Shown here piece by piece: positions 25,874-37,263 of a stretch of 64,000 bases of DNA. A model generated the notes under the pieces. It made no database searches and was not told the origin of the DNA. It saw only the letters and a list, made by a program, of their open reading frames with translations. The first letter of the stretch is position 1; every line of letters starts with the position of its first letter. A program made the position numbers and the translations under genes. Origin of the DNA: Macrostomum lignano (taxonomy: Eukaryota); contig NIVC01002186.1 in NCBI GenBank assembly GCA_002269645.1, positions 62,001-126,000 on the forward strand, given 5' to 3'.

Positions 25874-26494
25874 TTTGTAGAGGAAAACCTCGCGCGACTT
25901 CAAGTAGGACAGGCACGACTGGGCGTCTGAAATGAACGAAATGCAATTATTATAGATAAATATAGAACTACTGACAGTAGCGCAATTGGACATGTTGCAT
26001 ATAAATTGATTTTTCAGCAACACAGCATAAACTTTAAAAAAAGGTTAATTAGCTTTCCAGAGCCCCATAGCTAGAAACAAAACGTTTCCTTTTTAAAACA
26101 AAACTTATTTATCTTTTGAGGCAGATAAGCCGGTGATAAAAGAAGAAAATAATGACTAGTTACGAAAGAAAAACTGAAGGAAACTTTGTTAGCGAGAGAA
26201 ATGGCGGCCCAAAACTGGAATTCCTTAAGCTTCAGTCTTAACTTCACTCTCATTAGAACAAAATTCTTTAGACTGTCTAGTTAGCTAAGCATGCACACCG
26301 ACCTGCGGCCAGTCCGCCCTGCCGTAGTGCTCGCGGTGATAAATAGATAACTTCAACCAACCCTCACAATGATGTCACGAGCAAGCTAGTACATAACAAT
26401 CATCGTCAAGGATGTACGCTTCTATACTGTACCGTGGTAGGTTTTTTGTGGTTCACGCGTGCCTATTGGCATATCATGCACTTGTTAATCATAC

Positions 26495-26745
26495 GGGGGA
26501 ATTGCTGAGATGCTGAGAGCCTGAGATCCCAATGCTAAAAGGGAGAATTGCTGAGATGCCAATGCTAAAGGGGGGGGGGAATTGCTGAGATGCCAATGCT
26601 AAAGGTGGGGGAATTGCTGAGATGCTGCCAATGCCAAACGGGGGAATTTCTGAGATGCCAATGCTAAAGGGGGGGGGAATTGCTGAGATGCCAATGCTTA
26701 AGGGGGGGGAATTGCTGAGATGCCAATGCTAAAGGGGGGAGTTGC
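26495..26745. repeat. About 37-bp array GGGAATTGCTGAGATGCCAATGCTAAAGGGGG
   Basis: About 6 copies; a related TGCTGAGATG(G/C)CA motif occurs at 16385-16470. Confidence 0.85.
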
Positions 26746-28133
26746 TTTAAATGTCTTATTCTTTAAGAAACTCACCAGTCACATCTGTTGGGTCGCCATC
26801 GCCAATAGGCGTAGTGGCGGCCAAATTATTTGGCACTTGTTGAGCTTGCTGCGGTGAACTGGTCATATATGTGCAGCTTAGAATTGATTTGTTTAACTAT
26901 TATACAGAGATTGTGCGTTAAAAATGCTTTTCAAAACCGGACAAATCAAACCAACGGGGGAACGGATTTTTTATTCACAAATGAATTGAGACTTTACGCA
27001 CTGCCGCGTGGCTGAAGCCGAAACAAAAAGGTGCTTAATATTAAAATTTGTATGTATTGTTATATAATGGGCAGTTTAGCTCAGAAATTGCTTATAGCCG
27101 CGACTCCTCCCGTTGCAAAGCCTCGGAGAAGAAAAGAAAAGTGCCACAGAAACCGAACGGATGGGAGGACCAAAATTTTTTGAGGAGAATTGAATTCGGG
27201 AAAGTGTAAAAGCTACATGGGAGATCGAGGACGAGGGGGGGGGGCAAAGAACCTGGCTGGGAAATATAGGAATGCAACAAACCTGGAACCCTGTCTGTCT
27301 ACCCGCCCTCCGCTTGACTGGTACCCTTCCCTCAGCCGTCCAACCTCGGCCAGCCTCTCTTTACTTCGAGCCAGCTGTCCCTCATCCCCCTCCCCATTCG
27401 GATGGTCTGCAGCTACCGCATCCGAGATCTGCAGATCTGCAGAATCCAACAGAACCAGCGGGCATCCAATAGCAGTGAACGCAGCTGGTCTGGTCCAGCA
27501 CTAGCCTAGCAGACAGTCCGAGCCACGTATGGAAAGCAACGAGAAAGAGAGAGAGAGAGAGAGGAAAAATCAATAGATTCCAGAGGGATGCAGCGCAGCG
27601 GCACTGAACCTTCCGCCTTTTCCATCTATTATTATACACATGTATACTACTTATATACCAAAGTCTACTTACTTCCGTCCCATTCTAGACCCGACGAAAG
27701 TCTAAAGAAGAGATTCTTGAATTTTATTTGTCTTTCAAATACTTAGCAGCTCGCGCGCATCATCTGCCGCCAGGATGGACTGGGGGGGGGGGATTTTTTA
27801 TTGAAGGAAGCAGCTGATCTGCAGCTGCAATGCGAACTATGTTTTCTTTGTCTACAAAAGAGACCGCCCAGGCTGGATGGATGGAGTCTTGCGGACTGGC
27901 GATATTGGCGCAAACCCTTACTTAGCAAGCAGAAAGAGACTAAAATACAAAGCTTTGAACCTCAGATCTGAAGCGAAATTTTCTGCTTTGATATTCAAAG
28001 AGATTTGATTTGAGAGTTTCAGAAGGTTTGATTGGAGAATCGTTAACTCACGATGTTTCAACGCCCACTTTGGCCTAAATGTTATGGTGCTGTAACCGCT
28101 AATTTGGTGTCAGTGCTACTAGTATGATATTAG

Positions 28134-28537
28134 TATTGGTTTTGTCAGCCTAACTGAGAATAAAGCCATCCAATGTGAGAATCCTGCCTACGCTGACTGC
28201 GAAGGGCCTGGCTGCGTGCAGCCTTAGTCTATGGGCCATAGACAATAAAGGACAAGCAAAGTGATAAAAAGCCGTCCAATGTGAGAATCCTGCCTACGCT
28301 GAATACGAAGGGCCTAGCTGCGTCCAGCCTAGTCTATGAGCCATAGACTATAAAGGACAAGCAAATTTTTAAAAGACCAATCGATTCTCACATTGGATGG
28401 CTTTTTATCACTTTGCTTGTCCTTTATAGTCTATGGCTCATAGACTAGGCTGGACGCAGCTAGGCCCTTCGTATTCAGCGTAGGCAGGATTCTCACTTTG
28501 GATGGCTTTATTCTCAGTTAGGCTGACAAAACCAATA
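28134..28537. mobile_element. Foldback/MITE element with long terminal inverted repeats and an internal duplicated unit of about 110 bp
   Basis: Left end TATTGGTTTTGTCAGCCTAACTGAGAATAAAGCCATCCAA is the reverse complement of right end TTGGATGGCTTTATTCTCAGTTAGGCTGACAAAACCAATA. Two direct copies of the unit on the left, inverted copy on the right. TA at both ends could be a TSD. Confidence 0.8.
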
Positions 28538-31129
28538 TGGTGTTATATAACGAAAATGCCATTCGTGCAAAATGCCATAGAGTATTCTAAGTTTCTAACG
28601 CCCGGCACAAATACTCGTACAGCAATATATATCAGGAAGCTTCTACACGTGGTGACGCTCATTCTCATACACCAGTTTGTCCTTCAAGAATTTTTTTTTT
28701 AGCAAGCAGCAAAGTAGACGCGCAGAGCCGTCTGTAACCCAGGAGGTACACGCATAGATCATCAGCCCCAGGTGGTGGCAAAAATGGTGCACACGCATTG
28801 CATAACGGCAGACAGTAATGGCGCGACGGCCATAAAGCAGTTGCAGACGGGACGTCTATCGAAATGACCTGGAAGAAACTGGACGAAGAAAGAATGCGCC
28901 CAGGCCACTTAGTACCTACTAGCAAACAGGGTATAAACTGTACAGATCCTGGAATCGCCGATTAATCCTGCAGCAGGCCAAACCAATCGATCAGTCAAGG
29001 AAAGACGGGAATGGAATGGAGTTGAAGAGAAGCAAGCGATGCTTTATCTCAGTTGGTTGGAGGGCGCAAATTGTTAAAGGCCGATGTATTGGCAAAGCGC
29101 ACTGTGCCAATGGAGCTTAAACAAAAATGACCTAACAAAGTATGAAGCAGATTCCTATTGCTTTCAAAGCTTTTATTTTCGTAATCAGAGATAAAAACGC
29201 TGGTACTCGAACCAATGCAGATTTCTTGTATTTTAATCACTATTTTTATTTTTGCCTACTAAATACTAAAAACTATTACAATGTAGGTTATTAAAGTTCC
29301 AACAGACTACTTGTAGTAGCAGTATTGAGACGAATTACAGCTGTTTGAAAGGCAAGATCATAAAAGCTTTGTACTTTTTTCAGAAAAAAGTAATTATAGA
29401 ATAGGAAAAATATTTTAGAACAAAAGGTCAGAAGAGAAAGAATATATGAAATTGATTGACACAAAAATTAAAAGTAACAAACTGAAAAAAACTTGCTGAT
29501 TTATTTCACAAAGGCTTCTATATATTAATATTGACATACATGCCCAACCTCAAAATTTCACCCATCCAGTGCGACTTAGTTTTGTCCAGATTTGCGACTT
29601 AGTTCCTCTTGATTGCAACTGAGTTCCCCTGATTGCGACTTAATTTTCACTTTGTATATGACTTTTCTTGCCTTTTTCTCATTTCTTCTCTTTCTCTTTC
29701 TCTCTTCTCTTTGCCTCTCTTTCTTCTCCCTCCTTTCTTTTCCTTTTCTCTTCCTCTATTTACTTTCTTCCCCCAATTTTTTGTTTTTTTTGCATTTTTG
29801 ATTTTGCAACTTTACTTGGCCAGTGGCCATTTCACTTATCCAGGATAAATAAGAAATTAGAATGTACATAGAATTACCTTTAAAATAGTTTATATCTAGA
29901 TGATAAAACCAAGGACTACTCAAGTAGAAAGATGGGAAACTATGTTTCTTAGAAAATGTTAAGGAGACTGGTTTCTACCAAAAATACACAATAGAGATAG
30001 AAAGTTTTCATTTGTCTATCACAAAAAATTTTTATTGCTTTTGATAGGAGGCAGACCCAATGTTCAGCTTTTGATCTGTTGTGCCTTTCTTGTAGCTCTA
30101 TTGATATTTATAAAGCTTTTTGTTTAGAAAATTATGATTCTTTATTAACTTTTTATTATATATACATTTCCTATACCTTAAAATCCTATACCTGAAAATG
30201 CATGGCACAGCTTGCTCTGGTTTTATAAATCTATTTTAGCATCTCCATTACACATATTATTACACAGTCAGCTAAGAATGATAAAATTGATTCATAAAAC
30301 CAATGAACTAAGCCATGCCATTTTAATGGTTTTTAGGCATAGGACATATGCAATTGTATATAGAAAAAATTAATATAAAATTCTAATATTTAACTTAATT
30401 TTTCAAATGAATGATTTGAATTCTTCAACACTATAGGGCCTTTTTATAAGCTAGCCTGCATTACTGAGCATTCTATAAAGCTAGAACCATAAGATCTACC
30501 TATAGTAAATGACACAGAAGAATCTAAAAAATGGAAGGTAGGGACTATAAGCATAGACTACTATTGATTCAATGTATTAAGGACAGATAATTCTTTTTTG
30601 GGTTCAAAATATAGAATACAATGTGGTACTAGTGATATACCCAATATAATTCAAGAGTGAAGTGTCTAACTTTTGCTATCAAAAAAAGTGGGGGCAATAT
30701 ATAACTGGACAATATTATGGTACACACCTTAATCTAATTGAGTTTAATTGAACAATTCTTTCTAAAAATATAACCAATGATTATGTACACAATATTATAT
30801 ATTACAATATTTGATAGGAGACACCAATGAATAATATTGTGATAAAACAGAACAATAAATAGTATTATGTACATATGCATTAGGTATACAAATATTTGCA
30901 GAAATTATTATGTTTATCAAGTATAAATATGATAAGAAATATCATAGTATAGGAAGACATATAGCAGGACTAAATATTTTAAATAAGCTCATACAGCTAT
31001 ATAAAATAAAATATAATAATAATTTAATCTAAAATTAGTTCTTACTTGTCATTATTAGTCCTATTAGAAAATAAGTTCATTATCTTATTACTATCTCAAA
31101 TATAACAACAATAACTAAAGATTTATAGT

Positions 31130-31950
31130 TACTTTTTTGATATAACCATAGATTAAATGACTGTATAAAGAATCTAAGACCAAGGTTATGGTAGGCAATC
31201 AGTGCAGTGACTGGTTTAGGGAAAAGTGTGAATGAGATAAGGATATATCCTATCACTTACTCTTTTCAATTGTTTCCTAGAATAGATAATGATAAAAACC
31301 ATAAAGGAACTAGATAAGGTTAGAATCAGCTATGGAGAAATGAATATAAAAAACTTTGCTTACAAGAATGATTTGATTGGCAAGGATAAATAAAAATTGA
31401 AAGAAATGACAACAAAGCTTGACACAATTTCAAAAATGTTTGTCATGGAAATCAGCACAAAAAGAGCAAGACAATAGTAATAAGAAATGGTAAAAACAAA
31501 ATCAAGCCAGGGATTATGATTGATAGAGAAGAACTAGAATAGATTAAATATCTTTAAGTTTAAATATCTAGGGGCAACCATTATGGAAAATGGGACATTG
31601 GAAGAACATAGTAAAATCAAAATTGGCATTGCAACCAGCTTAATAATAATGCTTGATGAACTTTGGTAACTCAAAAAAGTTGGTTTAAAATTTGCCTCAA
31701 GATCAAAGGTGGTCACATGGATGACATGACACTGCTCTATAGGTGCAAGAGCTAGACTCTAGGAAAGAAAAGTATAAAGACATTCATTTTTTTAAATTAA
31801 ATATTACAAAAATGCTTAAGATTTCATAGAAAAGGAAAAAGACAAATGCATAGGTTTGGAGTAAAGTTAAAAAAGGTATTAGGAAAAGAACCAGAATCTA
31901 TAGAGATTAGCTCAAATACTATAGGCATCAAACAAAGAAAGGAGTACAGT
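31130..31950 (+). pseudogene. Decayed RTE-like non-LTR retrotransposon reverse transcriptase remnant
   Basis: Translation across stops and frameshifts gives LYKESKTKVMVG, R*GYILS (RQGCILS), LFNCFLE, MEIS.K.SK, FKYLGATI, LLYRCKS*TL (LLYGCESWTL) and KMLKIS* (ISW), a collinear LINE RT motif order. Confidence 0.8.
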
Positions 31951-34581
31951 GATCTGCTAGTTTGGTGTTAGGCATTGCATTATTGTCAGCAGCTTCCCTC
32001 GTCCTTGCCCTGGGTTGCTGACTGTGGCTGGGCAGCCTCTCTCCCTTTTTGCTGCCTGTTCTCTGGTGCCCCCTCTTCTTTGCACTCTTGCTTATAGCCA
32101 CAAGCTTCTCTGCTGTGGCCTGCTCTGCATTTCATTTCTGTCCTGAGGTCACGCTAGTAGACTGTTTCCCTTGTCATGTGAGCAAGTCACTTGACAAGTC
32201 TTGTTTTCTTAAAGTCCTAAAGTGTATTAAACATGTTTAATAAGGTAATTTAGGTGACTCATGTTTCTAAAAATAGATACTGAGTCATGCAGCCCTATGC
32301 ACTTTACTCACAGACCCTGCCTTCTCTAAGGCAGAGGGTGACATAAGTTCTAAAAATAGAACAGAGTCACAACAAGGTCTAGCACACACTGGCATAGCGA
32401 GGACTCCCTGCCATAAATATGCGCCCCTCACCCTTGGTTCTGTCAAGGATTCTTCTTCTTATTGTGCTTCTTTAGTCTAGTTTGCCAGACTTTGTTATTG
32501 TTTTCTAAGCCCCTAAGTCTTCTGTCTTAATCTAGTTTCCCATTTAAGCAATCTGTCGCCTGACTAAAGATTAGATGCCCAAGCCTAAAGGAGGCTAACA
32601 CTGCCTTCCTAGCCATTCCCTAAGCCCAGTAGGATCTGCTGACCAGAACACCTTGTTTATTAATCTTCAAATCTGCATGCTGTGCTGAGTTTGTTGAATT
32701 GGTTATTTTGTTCCAATGGGAAGCTCACCTCATCTAAGGCCAAGACCTAAAGGAACTGGTGGCAGCACTACCTATGCTACTAAGAGCTTCTGGTTGAGAA
32801 GATGGAGAGCCCAAATCACTGTGCTAGACAGGAAAAGAAGCACAAGTACAAAAGGAGCTATAGCAAATGTCTTTATTTAAGGGAAAATAGGTGAAAGAAA
32901 AGGAAAACCAAAAAGGTAATAGAAAGATATCTAAAAGAATAGACTACATAGACAATAGAGAGGCTAAGAAAAATAGCAAAAGACAGGCAGTAATAGAATA
33001 AGCTAGTGCATGAATAAGTATAGGGGCCTAACTATAACCATTATAACTATAACAAAAAAGAACTACAAATGTGCCTATACAATTTAAATTGATACTGAAG
33101 CTAAGATATACTATATACAGTTGGAACTTAACTATTATAATAAAACAAAAACCTAAGCCTAACTACCAAAATACAAAATAGTAAAGTTTGTAAACTTAGT
33201 ATAAGTCTGGGTTTTTATTTATGCATAGTATATCCTTACACCTTAAATTTTAAAATTCCACAGTTAAATTTGAAAATCAAATATAGTTTAGGTGTAGTAT
33301 TACAACCAATTTTCATAGACATTTCTACTATTTAAAATTAAAATGAGAAGAAAAGAAGCTTGCACTTTAACCTTTAATTATACTTTGAAATTAGGCATAG
33401 ACAATTAGTGATTTTGTTTCTAGCAAAAATCCTAGTTTATCATTTGTTTTCATAATAATTTATAGGGGATAATAATAATAATAATATAGTATTAACTTGA
33501 TTCTAATCACAATATTATAAATATAGTATTATCTAATAGCTAACTTACTATTAGGCTATAGTAATTCTTTTATAAATAAATGCTTGATAAACAGCTAAAA
33601 CAACATGATCTAATAAAATTGCTATCTTTTGTCAATATTTGTCTTTTTAAAAAGGATTTGATTTGGGCTTTAGCCAAAGACACACAGCTGCTACATCTTG
33701 CCACATCTGCATTTCATAGAATTAGAACAAATTTATAATTGGAAGTGCTTATCCCTATGCCAATATTTCCAATTTTATTCACACAGATCCGTGTTGATAA
33801 TTTTTAGTCTATCTCCATATCAGCTTATTGAAATAGCTACCACCATTTAAGTATATAGGCTGTGTCAATAATTCTAATTTTATTCACATAGATCCATGTC
33901 AATAATTTTCAGCTTATCCCTATAGCAGCTTATTAGAATAAAGAACCTTAAAATTAATCTGTTTAAGGACCCCAGAGATCCTTATAGATATGGTATTTAC
34001 ATATAATTTATTAGCATTCTATATGTAGTTTTATATATTTTCTAAATTAAAAATCTACTATTGTATTGTATTTTTTGTTTTAAGTGATTGTCATATGTTG
34101 CGTCATATATATATGACTATACAGTATATATATATATCTAGTTATATGTTCATTTTTTTATTTTAAAAAAGTTGCTTGCAAAAATTGTTTTTTTGTTTTC
34201 TTTTTTACAAATCTTTTAAATAAACTACTAAATATTAAATAGTATTGAATACTTTGTTAAAACTTTTTAACTGTTAAAAGGGTTTGTTTCAAATATTTGC
34301 GTAGCTGTTGGCTTTGCTTAAAATTATCAAATGACCCATAATTAAGGCAAATGAGACTTGCAAAATCCAAAATGTAATAATGATAATAATAATAACAATA
34401 TTGATTTTGGATGGAAAGTTAGCAAGATGTTAAAATGACACTGTCACACTGTGACTTCAATGGAAAGTCATAAAACATAGTAATTACAATTACTTTGAGC
34501 TACACCATGATATATGTTACAATAAAAAAAGATTAATATAGTAGCAACATTTAATGGGAATACACAAACTAAACACAAACA

Positions 34582-36113
34582 GTACCTAGACACTTTGTCA
34601 TCTTACAACTTTGTTATCCAGATGACAATCTGTCCAATATCTCAGAGGGTGGATGACGATGACGAAGTGACTTAGACTTGTGGACACTTCATCTATAAAA
34701 CAAAAGTTTTCAAAGTTAGAACAAAACCCCTCCTCCCCTCCCATATCACCCCTAACATGCACATGATTTTGTTATTTTAAGACATTGTGTTGTACTCTAT
34801 CAACTGCTACCTGCGCCAAGGAATAAAACTGAAAAATGTCCCACTTCTCCTTGCTATAATGTCAGGCAAGTCTATTCACAACTACAATGCCATTTTTAAT
34901 GTGCTGAGAACCCTGGTTGCTGGTCAAGCCATGCCAGAGGCCTGTGTTCTGGATTTTGAAGCCACTGTATGGCAGTCTCTGCGCACTCTTTTTCCCCATG
35001 CAAAATTGCAGGGCTGCCTCTTTCACTATAGCCAAGCAATCTTCCATCAGGTGCAGCAGCAGGGCTTCCAGCGAGCCTACTTGGCTGATCCTGGCACTCG
35101 AGAGTTCTGCCGCATGCTAATGGCGCTGCCATATCTGCCAGCTGAACACATGGCAGAAGGCCTGGCCCAGACTATTGCCGGGGGGCAGTCGCTGGAACTG
35201 CTCGACCTGGCTGAATACGTCAGCAGCACTTAGCTAGAGAATCTAGTGCATGGCATAAGAGAAATCAGCGTATTTGGCCAGGCTATCCAAACTAACAATG
35301 AAGTTGAAGGCTGGCACCATTGCCTGCAGCAGAGGGTGGAGCAAAATCAGCTGACACTCTACCCTCTGATGGAACTGTTGCACAAGGAGGCTCAGCTGGT
35401 GCCAATATACACTGCCTTGGTGTGCGAGCAAGCTGCTAACCAGCACCATCAGAAAATGCAGTATCAGCAGCTTTAAGAATTAGCAAAGCTTAACTAGGCA
35501 AAGTATTGAGCCAGCGAGCTCTCTATGCGCAGCTTTTGGTCAGGTGTAGTCGCCTAGGCCACATTCCCCATTTTGGTGGGCAAGCCAAATAAGTAGAATT
35601 AAATTTCATGTTAAAAGCAGTGACATTTTCTTACTCCCTCTCCTCTCTGCCTCCTTTTAGCACCCAATTTCTTTTTTGTGACTGTGTCTTTGTGCCTTCA
35701 ATCTTTGTGCCAAATGTATTTACATATTTACATATTATTTATTTACGAGTTATACTATATATATATATACTTGTACTATACTAGATACATATGAGATGAC
35801 AATCTTTGTGGTTCTAACTCTGCCATTGTCTGGTCCCAAGTCTAGAATGAGAAAGGAGGAGGGGACAGTCTCACTTTAGCCTCATTTTTTATATATAGGC
35901 CCTACTTGTACATGTATGCAGAAGCATCTGTTAATTGAGTCTACAGACTACAATACTTGTTATTAGTAGATGACGAACTGACCAAACTTTAAAGATTGCT
36001 GATTGGCTGGATGACGAAGTGTCCTACCTTCAATTTCAAAGTAGATGACGAAGTTGTAAGGTGACGAAGTTGTAAAATGACAAAGTTATAAGATGACAAA
36101 GTTTCTAGGATCC
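34582..36113 (+). mobile_element. Mutator (MULE) DNA transposon, internally deleted, about 1.53 kb
   Basis: Perfect 9-bp TSD ACACAAACA (34573-34581 and 36114-36122). TIRs CCTAGA(C/A)ACTTTGTCATCTTA(C/T)AACTTTGT. GATGACGAAGT subterminal repeats. Confidence 0.88.
34787..35476 (+). pseudogene. MULE transposase C-terminal fragment with one in-frame stop (35231-35233)
   Basis: PLLLAIMSGKS..Y, VLDFEATVWQSLRTLFPHAKLQGCLFHYSQAI and (R/Q)TNNEVEGWHH are MULE DDE-domain motifs. ORFs 34787-35233 and 35246-35476 share one frame; the TAG falls where a conserved Trp is expected. N-terminal part is missing. Confidence 0.88.
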
Positions 36114-37263
36114 ACACAAACAACTGCACAATCTTAGCTATATAGGGATAAGCTAAAAATTATTGATATAGATCCATCTGTGTGGATAAAATTTAAATTA
36201 TTGACATGGCCTATAGATTTAAATAGTGGCAGCTATTTCAATAAGCTAGAAATTATTGACATGGATCCATGTGGATTAAATTGGAATTATTGGCATGGGA
36301 CTAGGCCTATAAGCGTAAGCGTGGGGATAAGCACTTCCTTACCTTTGATTAGGCCTAAGCCTATTATCTGACCTAGGCTATATATCTAGACTTTCTAGTA
36401 GGCCCTAACTTAATATTAAATAGGCCTTATTTTATGGGCCTAGTAGACAAAATGATAATAGGCCTATGCCACCTATCATAGGCCCCTATTTTTGTAGACA
36501 AAAGAGTGGCAAATAAACTGGTAGCAGACAAAACAATTGTCAACTGTCTATACTAGGCAATGGTATGGTATACAAGCTAGGGCCTAGGCATATTGCCAAA
36601 AATTATTTATTGATGAGCTAGAAAATACTAAGGCCTAATCAAAAGACAATTTGTCAAATAGGATCTTTTATTGATTTAAATTCAGTATGAAAAAATAGGT
36701 GTCAAAAAATAAAACACATTTTATTTTTTATTGTATTGCATATGCTTAGGGCGTTAGGCGCACAAAATTTTGACAAATTGTCCAACTGAGATCACGAAGA
36801 ATATTTTCAACGAAAATTGTCGTTGTACCTTGCAAATATAAATCATTAAACAAAATACAAATTCTTGACTAAGTACGGTAAAGACTTAAAAATGCGCCAT
36901 TATCTACAGAAAAAAATGTGATATATACCACTGTTTGTCCATCCCGTCGTCCAACGGTATATTGAAATAATTATTTATTTACGGTGTTTTGTTAATTTTA
37001 TAAGTTTAAACAAACAGTTAAGAATAAGCTCGCATAAAGGACGCTTAGTAATCAAATTTTCTAATTAACCTATTAATCCTATTTCTGTGTAACATTTTTT
37101 ATGAAATGCTGTTTCTTAATTTTATGTGTTTCTTATATTTATTTACATCTGAGCCCTGCGTTAAAAATCTTTTTTTCAAGCTGAATCATTGCGCTACTTC
37201 AGTCGAAGTAAATTAATTTCTGTTTAACTCTCTAAAAGATCGCTTTAAGGTGTTTACATCGTC

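Larger units (their letters stand above)
33741..36338. mobile_element. Outer foldback element with imperfect terminal inverted repeats of about 190 bp (33741-33925 and 36137-36338), interrupted by the MULE
   Basis: Left GGAAGTGCTTATCCC..ATGCCAATA.TTCCAATTT..CAGCTTATTGAAATAGCT matches the reverse complement of the right arm ending GGGATAAGCACTTCC. No TSD found. Confidence 0.65.
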
